The position numbers and the translations under genes were made by a program. Of a stretch of DNA of 64,000 bases, positions 11,327 to 22,760 are shown one piece after another. This DNA comes from Naegleria gruberi (Eukaryota). The stretch's first letter is position 1, and every line of letters begins with the position of its first letter. Below the pieces are notes generated by a model that ran no database searches, was not told the origin of the DNA, and worked only from the letters and a program-made list of their open reading frames with translations. The stretch is from NCBI GenBank assembly GCA_000004985.1, contig GG738845.1; one strand, written 5' to 3'.

Positions 11327-13561
11327 TTAATCGCCAGGTTTTTTATGGAATACAAGAGAGAGCTCCCAAAGCTCATTGGAACGTTTAGTATTTTGTGTGC
11401 CACCAAAAAAGTAGGTTTTTGTAAGCTTTTGTAAAGAAATGTCAGCAGGCATTCTCAACATTATTGGATCGCTATTTTTGTCTTGATTTGCTGGATGCTC
11501 GTGCAAATATTTGGAAACTTGATGTTTTGCTAAGGATGATAAATGTTGCTTTTCGAAAGGCCTATAAGTATTGCAAGAAATATGAGAATAAAAATCTGAA
11601 GCAGCCATATGTTTGTATCGATGAGTTGGTAGATCAGTTGTGCTGTTCCAATTATCTGAAATATCAATCCAAACATTTGCTAATAAATCCAATAACCAAA
11701 CTCTGTCATTGATTTTTCTTGTATTTCCTTTCAATCCTCCAAATACCATTATTCTATTTCCCCAAACGGTTGCAGAATGACCATACAGAGAGCCATCCTT
11801 GAATGGTCCTTGAATTTTTGGTATTTTGATCTCTTGCCAAAAGAAAGACCGTGTGTCCAACGACCAAACAGAATCTTCAATTTCATTGGCACCGTTCATT
11901 CCTCCAATAATGATTATCTTTGAATCAATGACACTTGCTGTATGCAGAAATCTGGGTGATGGTTTTGGTAATACGGGAATAAGGGGAATCCAGAAATTTT
12001 GAGACCTACTGAAAACATACAAGTCATCTAATGCTAAAAAGTTCGACCCTTCTCCTCCATGAATAAACAATAAATCATCTTTCACTGCACACACTGAATG
12101 CATTCTAGGTGTTGGTTGACCTTTTACACCATTACTGTTCGATTTGCTTAAGCATTTCCAAATAGGAAATGGATCAGGTTTAAATATCCATAAGTCATTA
12201 TATAGTGTTCTACTATCAGAATCACCTCCTCCAAAGATGCACATAGTATTCGAATCAAAAACACCAGCACAATGCCCAAAACGTTTTTCTGGAATGCTGT
12301 GGTTATGCAATGGGTCAATCATAACCTTCATCCATTTTTGTAACCCAACCTCAAACAACCATGTCTCACTAGAAGAACCACAATTTGTAGATCCTCCAAA
12401 TAAACACAATTTTCTTTTGGAAGGAAAAGCTATTAGTGATCCCGAGTTTGTTGGAGGAGGAGATTCATTGAGCATTAAGCTATCCATTGTTTCAAATTCA
12501 TAACGTTCTCCAAATTTAGTTCCAACAGGTTTTTCAAGCGTTTTCTTTGATTCTTTCTGAATAACCTTTGACCATTTAACACTATTCATTGATGCTTCAA
12601 TAAAACTATGATTAATTTGAGTGTCATTGACACTTGGGGAGATTTTACCTTCAAGATGATTTGTTAGAGAAATTGTATGGGAAAATAAATTACGGAGGGA
12701 GTCTCTAGAAAGAGGATTGCTAGGGACATGGGAAAGAGTGGAATTTAAATTGATCTTATCCATCAAATTGGAAGAGTTAAGGTCAGTAACGGTTTTTTTT
12801 AAATCCCCTGATTCTTTTCTTTCCAATTTTTGGGTGGGCACTGCATTAGTTGTTTTTCTTGGCTCTAATTTTAATAGGGTAAATCTCCCACTATTAGATA
12901 GTGTTTCAATTTCTATTGGGACAGTATTGTCATAGGAGTTTTTTGTGGTCCATGCTTGATCTTTGAAAGACCTATTCATTGGGCTTTTAGAGATGAGAAC
13001 CACTGAAGAAGAGTTGCTTTCCGGGATTTTTATGGGTTCGGGAGCTTTTGCATGGTTATTTTTCTTTGAAAGAGAGGAAATTTCTAGCTCACTAAAAGGT
13101 TCAGTAGGTTTTTTCCTGAATGAGATTGAGTTTTCATTATTTGGCTGAAAACTAACATCCTTCTTTCTAATAGGACTGAGAGGAGTTTTCTTGATAAACG
13201 TTTCTTCCTCAATAACTAGTTGAGGTGATTTACTGGTCGATCTTCTGTTGTCACCTTTAGGTGAAGATATGGTTAAACCAAATAATCCTTTCTTTTCAAT
13301 TTTAATAGGATTTAATTTTTCATCATTTGTTTGCTTGTTTTTTTCTTCATCATTTTGAAAACTGGACCTTAATTGATTCCTTTCATTCCGATTATACTGT
13401 CCACTTTTCCTGTTGTATTCCATCTCCACCCGTTCATCATTGTTACTTGCATCCAGAAAGATATTTCCAACTTGAATTGTTGGATTTCCACTCGGAGGTC
13501 TAATATCAAAATTACCGTTGATTGAGGGATGTTTCAAACTTGATGAAGACCTCTTTCTCAT
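11327..13561 (-). CDS. Kelch-repeat protein (744 aa). Ser/Asn/Lys-rich disordered N-half, C-terminal Kelch beta-propeller.
   Basis: Repeated GG/W/Y kelch blades: LLFIHGGEGS…WIPL, IIIIGGMNGA…FWQEI, IMVFGGLKGN…VWLLDL, YFFGGTQN…. Confidence 0.7.
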   Translation of the reverse strand: MRKRSSSSLKHPSINGNFDIRPPSGNPTIQVGNIFLDASNNDERVEMEYNRKSGQYNRNERNQLRSSFQNDEEKNKQTNDEKLNPIKIEKKGLFGLTISSPKGDNRRSTSKSPQLVIEEETFIKKTPLSPIRKKDVSFQPNNENSISFRKKPTEPFSELEISSLSKKNNHAKAPEPIKIPESNSSSVVLISKSPMNRSFKDQAWTTKNSYDNTVPIEIETLSNSGRFTLLKLEPRKTTNAVPTQKLERKESGDLKKTVTDLNSSNLMDKINLNSTLSHVPSNPLSRDSLRNLFSHTISLTNHLEGKISPSVNDTQINHSFIEASMNSVKWSKVIQKESKKTLEKPVGTKFGERYEFETMDSLMLNESPPPTNSGSLIAFPSKRKLCLFGGSTNCGSSSETWLFEVGLQKWMKVMIDPLHNHSIPEKRFGHCAGVFDSNTMCIFGGGDSDSRTLYNDLWIFKPDPFPIWKCLSKSNSNGVKGQPTPRMHSVCAVKDDLLFIHGGEGSNFLALDDLYVFSRSQNFWIPLIPVLPKPSPRFLHTASVIDSKIIIIGGMNGANEIEDSVWSLDTRSFFWQEIKIPKIQGPFKDGSLYGHSATVWGNRIMVFGGLKGNTRKINDRVWLLDLLANVWIDISDNWNSTTDLPTHRYKHMAASDFYSHISCNTYRPFEKQHLSSLAKHQVSKYLHEHPANQDKNSDPIMLRMPADISLQKLTKTYFFGGTQNTKRSNELWELSLVFHKKPGD

Positions 13562-13614
13562 AATTTTTTTGTTGATTTTGAAAACTGTAGATTTTGGCGG
13601 TTCAAAAACAAAAA

Positions 13615-14037
13615 ATGCAACAAGATCCCAATCGTAGGAACATCACTCGTCATTACAACCCAAAGGAAACATGTTATCATCTTATCGGAGACTTTAAGTT
13701 GCTTTCTCCGTGGAATAAATTTAAAATTAATATTATTCAGCTTAGAGCAGAGTGGGGTATACTTTCCCACAATCTATCACAACAACAAACGTTACATAAT
13801 AATTATAAATTTTCTGATCCACACCACAATGTGGCTTGGAGAGAGATGTATCATCCACAAGTAGTGAAATCAATGAGAAATAGAGTCAAGACTTGGATTA
13901 AAATTACTTCTTTTTTTTCAGCAATTTCTCTCTTTGTGGTCTATCCTATTGTTGAAAAAACTTTAGAAATTGAAAGAAAGAGGAGAGATCTTTTCATTTC
14001 TCAAAGAAATACCTTCATAAAAGAGAAGTCTCTTTAA
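13615..14037 (+). CDS. Hypothetical small protein (about 140 aa) with one C-terminal hydrophobic segment.
   Basis: The ORF track starts at a TTG (13594). The first ATG is at 13615. No family recognised. It sits 53 nt from the divergently oriented Kelch gene start. Confidence 0.3.
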   Translation: MQQDPNRRNITRHYNPKETCYHLIGDFKLLSPWNKFKINIIQLRAEWGILSHNLSQQQTLHNNYKFSDPHHNVAWREMYHPQVVKSMRNRVKTWIKITSFFSAISLFVVYPIVEKTLEIERKRRDLFISQRNTFIKEKSL

Positions 14038-14240
14038 TTTTTTAATGAAATAATCAAAATAGAAGGTGATTAGTGAAATCTCTCTTTGCACCTATGGTAA
14101 AAAACGAATTTAAATGATGTAAATTCTTCTTCAACAATAAAAAGCAAATATTGTTTCAAAAAAAAATTCGAACATTTCACCAAGAAAAAACGGAATTTGA
14201 AATCGTGACAATTGCTTTTAATATTTGAAAATATAACACA

Positions 14241-15149
14241 ATGGCTAGTGATGAATTAATATGGTCAATTTTAGACAAATCATTTTGTTCATTTAAGAAC
14301 AAGGCAACCGATAAGAATATGTGCACAAATCCTATGAATGTGGATGGTCAATGTAGAATGGTTTATTGCCCATTAGCAAATAGTAAATATTCAACAGTAG
14401 TTGAAAAGAAAGGCCGCTTGTATCTATGTATAAAAACACCGGAACGTATGCACTTACCAAGTAAAATGTGGGAAAAGATTTTAATTTCTGATAACTATCA
14501 ACAGGCACTGAAGGATATTGATTATCATTTGCAATGGTGGGATCATCAAAAGATTAACAGAGTAAAGAAAAGATTTACAAAATTGTACTTGGTACTGAGA
14601 AGAATGAGAAAACTTAGAAGCAAAGTACAACACAAGATTAAGACCGTCAATAGAACCTTGGAAAAGCGATTGGAAAAGAGAGAAAAGAGAGCTGAAGAAG
14701 TTGCCAGAATTGAACATACAATAGAAAGAGAATTGTTGGAAAGATTAAGAAATGGTGTGTATGGTGATCTCTATAAGAAGAAGATTAAACAAAATGAAAA
14801 AAAGAAGGAAGAAGAAACAGAGGAAGAATATAATATTGATTTGGTTGCTGACTCCGATGATGAAGATAATTTTGACCCAGATAATCTGAATAAGTTTGAA
14901 TTGGAAGAAGAGAATGAACAAGATATCGAGGATATGTATGCTGATTTAGAAAATAGTTACAGTGACGATGACAACACAAGTGTTGGATCTTCTGCATCTC
15001 AGGCTGATATGGAAGATTTAATGAAAGATTTACAAGACTCTGATATTAGAAAGAGAAAACGTGACAATAGCCGATCCAATTCAAAGAAAGTCAGATATGA
15101 TTATGAACGGGAATACGAACAAGTTTCAAACTCTAATTTACAACATTAA
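14241..15149 (+). CDS. MAK16: Mak16, a 60S ribosome-biogenesis protein (302 aa).
   Basis: N-terminus MASDELIWSILDKSFCSFKNK…CPLANSKYSTVVEKKGRLYLCIKTPERMHLPSKMWEKI matches the conserved Mak16 N-domain. Acidic C-terminal tail. Confidence 0.9.
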   Translation: MASDELIWSILDKSFCSFKNKATDKNMCTNPMNVDGQCRMVYCPLANSKYSTVVEKKGRLYLCIKTPERMHLPSKMWEKILISDNYQQALKDIDYHLQWWDHQKINRVKKRFTKLYLVLRRMRKLRSKVQHKIKTVNRTLEKRLEKREKRAEEVARIEHTIERELLERLRNGVYGDLYKKKIKQNEKKKEEETEEEYNIDLVADSDDEDNFDPDNLNKFELEEENEQDIEDMYADLENSYSDDDNTSVGSSASQADMEDLMKDLQDSDIRKRKRDNSRSNSKKVRYDYEREYEQVSNSNLQH

Positions 15150-15211
15150 ATTGATTATTTTTAATTTCAAAATACATTTGTTTTCATTATTTTGTTGAAC
15201 TTAAAATTTTA

Positions 15212-18200
15212 ATGTTAAAAAAAATGGCATCTATTCAAATCGGTGGTTTTCTCTTCGATGATGAAAAACCGGAAGCAAAACAACAAACAACTGCGACTTC
15301 GAATAATTTATTAAAAAAGAGAACATTAGATTCCTTCATAAATGATAAGACGAAAAAAGAGATTGAACAAAAAGAAAAACTTTTTCTAGGTGCTTCATCT
15401 TCTTCTGTTAGACAACAGTCAACCGTTCCTGGCGGAATAGCAATGGCAATGAGAAGTAAAAATATTGGGAATGATAAAAAACATCATAATAACAACAATA
15501 ATAATATGCCAAAATCAGTAGAGGAATTAACAAAAGTTTCACAAATTCCTGCCAGAAGAACAAAAACACCAAACGAATCAATTGTTCAAGATGGAAAGGA
15601 GGAATTCTCTGCTGTTATTAATAATGATCTTTTTTGTCCGGAACCACTTTCATCATTTTCTACTCAACTATCACCAATAGTTATTTCTACTCTAACAAAT
15701 CAAATGGGAATTGAAAGGCTAACAAAAATTCAAACAAGAGCACTATCACCAATTTTAGGAAAGTCAAACGTATTGATGAAATCAGAAACAGGCAGTGGTA
15801 AAACATTGGCTTATTTGATTCCATTAATAGAAATGTTATATAGACAATCCTTGGAGAAAAAGATATCACGTGATGATGGCACATTTGCAATAATTTTAGC
15901 TCCAACAAGAGAACTTTGTGTGCAAGTTGATAAAGTTCTAAAAAAGATTACCTCCTCGCTAAATTTTATGGTATGTGGTGGAATTATGGGTGGTGAAAAA
16001 AGAAAGAGTGAGAAGGAGAGATTAAGAAAGGGTGTTAATATCCTAGTTGCAACACCTGGAAGGTTAGAAGATCACTTGAGAAGCACTCAATCATTCAAAT
16101 GTGACAAGGTAAAATACTTAATTTTGGATGAGGCTGATATTTTACTTGATTTTGGATTTGAAGAAAGAGTTAAGAATATTTATCAAATGTTAATTCAGAG
16201 AAAGTTACAAAACCCATTGATATCTCAAAATCAAACTGAAAAGACACTTTCTGAATCTATACAAAAAGTTTTAGTGAGCGCTACTCTCCATTCAAAGATT
16301 CAAACTTTGGCACAACAAATTGACGTTGTAAATGCACTTTACATTGGTCATGGAAGTGATGGAGAATTTATTGAGAAGGTTTTCAATTTAATCACTGACA
16401 AATTGCCTTCAAATATATTTACAATTCCAGCTCACTTGACTCAATATGCTATTATTGTACCTCCTCAATTTAGACTTGTAATGTTGGCTGGATTTTTGAG
16501 ATCAAAGACCATGAGTGAAAGTTTAGAGCAAGAACCAGGAAAAATAATTGTATTTTTATCATGTTGCGACTCTGTTGAATTCCACTATAATTTCTTTAAA
16601 TACTTCCAATCCAAATTTAAATTTATTAAGGAAGTCGTTCAAACAACTCAAAAGAAGCGTACTGGAGCAATGGAAACAGACTATAGCGAAGATGCTTTTA
16701 GACAAATGGTTAAATATGAGACTGACGAGCCACTTATTCACGTTCCATTATTTAAATTGCATGGAGATATTGAACAAAAAGAAAGAACCAATATCTTTAA
16801 ACAATTTAGTGATGCAAAAGAAGGTGTTTTATTTTGTACAGATGTGGCCGCACGTGGTTTGGATTTACCATGTGTAAAATGGATTGTTCAATATGATCCA
16901 CCTGGTAATCCAAAAGAATATTTACATCGTATTGGTAGAACTGCTAGAATGGGTGTTAAAGGACATGCTGTAATGTTCCTTCATCCTCATGAAGAGCTCT
17001 ATAAGAAACTATTGGAAAAGTACAAGTTAACTATTCATGAAATTAAGGGTGAAACATGTTTGGAATCGATTATTCTTTCATTCCGTAGGAAATCGATGAG
17101 AGATCCAATTGAAGCAGCTGCTTGGTTACAAAATATTTTTGAACAAGAATTGGTAAATAGTGGAAAGGAAAATACTGAATTATATTCTTTGGCTGTTAAT
17201 GCCTACTTCAGTTATATCAAATATTACAGTACCCACGGAGGTGATGTCAAGTATATTTTCCATTTGAATAACTTACATTTAGGTCATTTAGCCAAATCTT
17301 TCGCTCTTAAAGATTCTCCTTCAAAGATTAAGGAAAGACAACAGACTCTTGGTGTAAAGCCTCTCTCTGTAAAAAAACAAGAATTGGAAACTGTTTATGC
17401 AATGAAGGACAAATTGGGCAAAAAAGAATTTTTAAGAAGACTGAAAGATATTAGAGGTAGTAGCTCTATCAAGTCTAAAGACAACAAGAGAAAGAGAGAC
17501 GATGAACAAGAAGAAGAGAATAATGAACAAGCTGTAGATGAGTCAACCAAAGATGAGGGATATGAAAGCTTCTCTGATGACGATGATAATGAACAAGAAG
17601 ATATAGGAATGACTGAGAAGAGTAGCAAAAATCCACAACAACCTCCTGTATTGAAACCAAGTACTGGTCCAGTAACTCTGAGGTTCAACAAGAATACAAA
17701 TGGAGGGAATAAGGTAGTTTCATTTGGGAAGCCAAGTAATAGTGATGGCACTGAGGCTTCAACCACTGTTGGTAGCTTCTCTTCTAATTCCATTCCAACC
17801 TCAGGCTCTTCTACAAATAAGACTCAAACAGCCCAAGAAGCAAAACCAAAATTGGCTACGAATAACGGTACTACACCTGCTACAATGGGTGATAACACCT
17901 TGACACCACTTCAATTAAGACAAATGGAATTGAAAAAGAAAAAGTTGACACCAAATGAACGTATGAAGTTGTATCGTGACTATGAAAAGGGTAAAGTACA
18001 ACCATCTCGTCCAAAGATTGTAATTCCAGAAGGATTAAGAAAGAATAAGAAAAAGAATGAAAATGATTCTGGTATGGGTGTATCTTTTGATGAAAGCAAA
18101 GTTATTTCCAAACCAATCACAGAATATGACCAACTTTTAAGTAGATATGCTGGTAATGAAAGTACCAGAACGGGTAGAATGATGATGAGTTCAACCAGCG

Positions 18201-18328
18201 AATTTGATGCCTCTGTTCCAAATTCTAATAGAATGAGGTTGAATCCTGTAGATGATACCCCTAAAAGAAATAATTGGCATGGAAACAAGAAGGGAGGAAA
18301 CAATTATAATAAGAAGAGAAAATATTAA
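15212..18328 (+). CDS. DBP7: DEAD-box ATP-dependent RNA helicase, Dbp7/DDX31-like (1038 aa, single exon).
   Basis: Q motif, motif I SETGSGKTLAYLIP, Ia PTRELCVQV, II LILDEADILL, III VSATL, VI HRIGRTARMG. Long basic/acidic C-terminal extension. Confidence 0.85.
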   Translation: MLKKMASIQIGGFLFDDEKPEAKQQTTATSNNLLKKRTLDSFINDKTKKEIEQKEKLFLGASSSSVRQQSTVPGGIAMAMRSKNIGNDKKHHNNNNNNMPKSVEELTKVSQIPARRTKTPNESIVQDGKEEFSAVINNDLFCPEPLSSFSTQLSPIVISTLTNQMGIERLTKIQTRALSPILGKSNVLMKSETGSGKTLAYLIPLIEMLYRQSLEKKISRDDGTFAIILAPTRELCVQVDKVLKKITSSLNFMVCGGIMGGEKRKSEKERLRKGVNILVATPGRLEDHLRSTQSFKCDKVKYLILDEADILLDFGFEERVKNIYQMLIQRKLQNPLISQNQTEKTLSESIQKVLVSATLHSKIQTLAQQIDVVNALYIGHGSDGEFIEKVFNLITDKLPSNIFTIPAHLTQYAIIVPPQFRLVMLAGFLRSKTMSESLEQEPGKIIVFLSCCDSVEFHYNFFKYFQSKFKFIKEVVQTTQKKRTGAMETDYSEDAFRQMVKYETDEPLIHVPLFKLHGDIEQKERTNIFKQFSDAKEGVLFCTDVAARGLDLPCVKWIVQYDPPGNPKEYLHRIGRTARMGVKGHAVMFLHPHEELYKKLLEKYKLTIHEIKGETCLESIILSFRRKSMRDPIEAAAWLQNIFEQELVNSGKENTELYSLAVNAYFSYIKYYSTHGGDVKYIFHLNNLHLGHLAKSFALKDSPSKIKERQQTLGVKPLSVKKQELETVYAMKDKLGKKEFLRRLKDIRGSSSIKSKDNKRKRDDEQEEENNEQAVDESTKDEGYESFSDDDDNEQEDIGMTEKSSKNPQQPPVLKPSTGPVTLRFNKNTNGGNKVVSFGKPSNSDGTEASTTVGSFSSNSIPTSGSSTNKTQTAQEAKPKLATNNGTTPATMGDNTLTPLQLRQMELKKKKLTPNERMKLYRDYEKGKVQPSRPKIVIPEGLRKNKKKNENDSGMGVSFDESKVISKPITEYDQLLSRYAGNESTRTGRMMMSSTSEFDASVPNSNRMRLNPVDDTPKRNNWHGNKKGGNNYNKKRKY

Positions 18329-18514
18329 ATATCAAATACTAGCATTCGAAAAACAATTTAATTTTGTATTTTAAATGTGCTCGCAAGCTGGTTGTATTTT
18401 AATAATACAAAAAGTTGTCTTCCGGATGTTGCTCGGTAGTTGTCTTCCTCTCATTAATAAAAATTAATTAAAAAAAATACAACATTCATCATCTTCCCTC
18501 TTTTTTAAAATACA

Positions 18515-20252
18515 ATGAGCGGCTTGCAATTGTTGAACCCAAATTCTGATTCTGCTAATATTTCTGAAGCTCGTCTGATAAATATTGCTGCTGCAACTTC
18601 AATTCAAAATCTTCTTAAAACCAATATTGGACCAAGAGGAACATTGAAAATGTATGTAGAAAAGTAGTAATACATTATCCGAATAATAATATTTAATAGG
18701 TTGGTCAGTGGTGCTGGTGATATCAGAATCACAAAGGATGGATCCATTCTTCTCAATGAAATGGTACGTTTTATATTATGAATTGTCATAATTAACTTAT
18801 TTATGTGGTAATTAGCAAATTCAACATCCAACAGCAGCCCTTATCGCTCGTACTGCCACAGCACAGGATGACATAACTGGAGATGGTACAACAACAACAG
18901 TTTTATTAATCGGTGAAATGTTACAACAGGCAAACAGATTCTTGATGGAAGGATTGCACCCATCTGTTCTTATTGAGGGTTTTTATTTGGCTAAAGCCGA
19001 AGCCAGAAAATTCCTCGAAACATACAAGGAAGAAATGAAAGAAAAAATCAAGATTGACCGTGAAGTTTTAATTAGTGTTGCTAGAACTGCTCTCCAAACT
19101 AAATTATATCCAGAACTCGCCAATCAAATGGCTGATATTATTGTTGATGCTATCAAATGTGTTCAAATTGATAATCGACCAATTGACTTATTCATGGTTG
19201 AACTTATGCACATGCAACACAAGATGGATCTTGAAACTAGATATGTCAATGGTTTAGTTTTGGATCATGGTGCTCGTCACCCAGATATGAAACGTGAAGC
19301 TAAGGATTGTTATATTTTAACATGCAACGTTGGTTTGGAATATGAAAAATCTGAAGTTCACTCATCTTTCCAAGTCAACAGTGCCGAAAAGAGAAAACAA
19401 CTTGTCGATGCCGAAAGAAAAGTTGTTGATGATAGAGTTCAAAGAATTATTGATTTAAAGCACCTAGTTTGTGGAGATGATCCATCTAAGAACTTTGTTG
19501 TTATTAATCAAAAAGGTATTGATCCTATCTCTCTTGAAATGTTTGCTAAGGCTGGTATTATTGCTTTGAGAAGAGCAAAGAGAAGAAATATGGAACGTTT
19601 AACTTTGGCCTGTGGTGGTGTTGCTATCAATAGCGTTGAAGAAATGGCACCTGACGTTTTGGGATATGCTGACCATGTTTATGAACAAGTTATTGGTGAA
19701 GAAAAATATACTATTGTTGAAGGTTGCAAGAATCCACACAGTTGTACAATTTTATTCAAGGGACCAAATAAGCACACTATTGCCCAAGTGAAGGATGCAG
19801 TCAGAGATGGTTTGAGAGCTGTCAAGAATGCTATTGAAGATGGTGTTGTCATTCCAGGAGCTGGTGCTTTTGAAATTGCTTTAAGTGCTCATTTATTGAA
19901 ATATGCCGACTCTGTTCAAGGTAGAGTTAAGTTGGGAGTTAAATGTTTTGCTGAAGCTCTTTTGGTTATTCCAAAATCTCTTGCTCAAAATTCTGGTCTA
20001 GATACCCAAGATATCTTGATTAAGCTTCAAGAAAAACACCAAAAGGGACAACCAGCTGGTTTGGAAATTTATTCTGGTGAAGCTATTGATCCAATTCAAG
20101 CAGGTATTTTGGATAACTTTATTGTAAAACAACAAACACTGGAAGCTGCCACATTTACTGCCACTCAACTACTCTATGTTGATGAAATTCTCAAGGCAGG
20201 TAGAGCCCAAAAACCAAAGACAGAAGAACAAGATATGGAAGATTTCGAATAA
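18515..20252 (+). CDS. CCT6: T-complex chaperonin subunit zeta (CCT6). Three exons: 18515..18651, 18700..18763, 18816..20252.
   Basis: MSGLQLLNPNSD…NIGPRGTLKM|LVSGAGDIRITKDGSILLNEM|QIQHPTAALIARTATAQDDITGDGTTTTVLLIGE… with GTATGT/GTACGT introns of 48 and 52 nt. Matches CCT-zeta throughout. Confidence 0.9.
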
Positions 20253-20449
20253 ATTTAAATAATAAATTATTTTCTCAAACAGCCTGTTTAATGATAGAAA
20301 AACGGAAGAACTAGAAGTAACTTGTTTGAACAATTATGAAGAGATTAGGTAGTGGCACCAAGACATGTTCTGTAATATTTACCAAAAGTTCATAGAGTCG
20401 CATTGCTTAACTCTTGACTGTTTATTGTGCTTCTATCAGGAAAATGGCA

Positions 20450-21551
20450 TTAACTTTCAGCATCCTTAATTCCTTCATTTGAAATTTGATAGATTGCTTC
20501 AGCCTCTGGTAAAGAAGGTGAGTCATAAACCTTGCAAACACGTTGTTCTGCTCTTCCTTTTCTCAAATAAAGTCTAGTGGTACTAGCATGAGCAAGAATA
20601 TTACCTCCAACAGGTTTTTTGGGATCGGCTGTGAACATTGAGGCTCCAGATGGATCAGCTTGTACTTGATTTGTAATAAACACAGCAACATTGAATTCCT
20701 CAGCTAACTTCATCAAACTAGACAAGTATTGACCTAGTTTTTGTTGTCTCTCACTCAACTCTCCTCTTCCACAATAATCTACTCTAAAGAGGGCTGTAAC
20801 ACTGTCAACTATGAGTAATCTGAATGTGTCCTCAGCAAATTTCGAAGTCAATTGAGGCAACAATTGGAGCTGGTGATCGCTGGTGTAGGCTCTTGCAACA
20901 ACAATGTTTGAGAGAACATCTTCACCATTCAAGCCAAACCTTTCTGCAATTGGTCCAATTCTCTCAGGTCTAAACGTCCCTTCCGAGTCAATAACTGCAA
21001 CCTTTCCACTTCCTCCACCTTGAGATCTTGGTAATTGAGCAGTTACGCACAAAGTATGACACATTTGAGTTTTACCAGTTCTAAATTCGCCAAACACTTC
21101 TGTAATTGACATGGTTTCAATCCCACCTCCAAGTAAAGTATCTAAAACGCTTGATCCAGTAGTAATTCTAATAACCTTCTTTCTTTTTCCCATAAAATCA
21201 ATTCCTGAAACGAATCCACTAAAACTAATCTTTGATGTTGCTTCCAAAATCTTGTCAACTTTAGCTTCACTCAACCCCTTGATGGCACACAACTTTTTAC
21301 GTGTTCTCATCATGATTGATTCCACAGTGTAAATTCCAGCCTCCTTCAACTGGTTCATTATGAAAAGGCTTCGTCAATATCAAGATACTTACCTTTTTAA
21401 TATCGGCTGCACCAATTCCAACCTCTTGAAGTTTGTCGATAAGGCTCCAACTTTGCTCATCTGAATCAGCACAAGCCTCGGTTTCTTCTTCTTGATTAGT
21501 TTCTTCTTCTTCCTCTTCAACTTGAGACTCTTTCTGCTTTTGCTTTGCCAT
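20450..21551 (-). CDS. DMC1: Dmc1-type meiotic recombinase (RecA/Rad51 family). Two exons: 21551..21392 and 21349..20450, with a 42-nt intron.
   Basis: Walker [63 protein letters not shown]. These signature positions agree with Dmc1 rather than Rad51. Exon 1 encodes an acidic leader plus the HhH region …GIGAADIKK|[11 protein letters not shown]. Confidence 0.8.
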
Positions 21552-22112
21552 ATTTTGACTAGTGTTTGGTTTGTTTTTTTTTGAAATGACTATTCTAATC
21601 AGCTACACATCTCTTTAAATAGTCCCAAAATGCGCGTAAAATTACAAAAGATTGTATTCTTTCATTGTGAAAGCCTTACTTCACACAACAAGCCTAAAAT
21701 AATTTCCCTCCAAAATGTTATCACTTTCAATGTTCTCCATTCAAACAGAACAATCTGCCATCCGAGAGTTGCTTGGAAGGTCTATTAATTGTGTCGTCCT
21801 CATTAACCCTAATAATAATTTAATAATTGCTTAAAAAATTATCTTACGAAGTTGCATGCAGTATCTCCTTATTGTTCATATATTTCAAAATATAATGAAT
21901 TATAGATTGGATAACATTAATATTTAAACGTATTTCGTACCATGAAGGTTGATCAACTAGGAACTATGCATTGCTTGTTGCACACAAAATAATTCTATTG
22001 TTTCACACTCTAACAGTGATTTTGAATCACCTTCAATAGATCAGTCAATGTGTTGGAATACTCAAATCTCTCAAATTTCAGTCAACAACTAAATTAAATC
22101 AAGCTCAAAGAA

Positions 22113-22547
22113 ATGATTTACACTGGACAAGAACTGTTTTTAAAGCAATTAAATGAGCCAGCGATATCAGATTTGATCACTAGTAGTAATATTCAAAGGT
22201 GTAAGCCTATGGTTAATTTTAAAGATCTGGAATCATTTATTGGATTAAATGAAAGTTTACAAGATAGATGTGATCCAATTTCTGTTTTCTATGAGCCCTA
22301 CTCTGAAAAACATTTATCCTTTTCATTCCCAATCCCTTATTGTTCTATTCAAGACTCTATCAAAGTTAAGAAAATCACTAATGTAAATGTATCTACCATT
22401 AATTTGAATGCAAGTAATGAAACAACAAACGATCCTAAGAAAACAAGAAAGAATTTAAATATGAAAAATCCATTGCCACCCAACTCCAATTCCATCACTT
22501 TCACGACACGTGTGTTATCCAGAAATCTCCTTCCCCAAACTCAGTAA
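22113..22547 (+). CDS. Hypothetical ORF (144 aa), low complexity.
   Basis: Only an ORF in the 1.2-kb Dmc1-Sec16 intergenic region. No domain recognised. It could instead be 5' UTR or promoter sequence. Confidence 0.2.
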   Translation: MIYTGQELFLKQLNEPAISDLITSSNIQRCKPMVNFKDLESFIGLNESLQDRCDPISVFYEPYSEKHLSFSFPIPYCSIQDSIKVKKITNVNVSTINLNASNETTNDPKKTRKNLNMKNPLPPNSNSITFTTRVLSRNLLPQTQ

Positions 22548-22760
22548 CTGAGGGGAAAAACATTTTTTTACACTATCAGGACAAACACAATTTACAAACA
22601 CAACAAACAGGTAATGCAGGAACCTTATCAAAATGGAAATATAAATAAAATCTTGAATTAGGATTTACAATTAATACTATTAATAATAAAATATTATTTC
22701 AGATTTTGTAAAGTGTGCTGACGACAATAATTCGTCATCTTTTTTTAAAAAACAAAAAAA

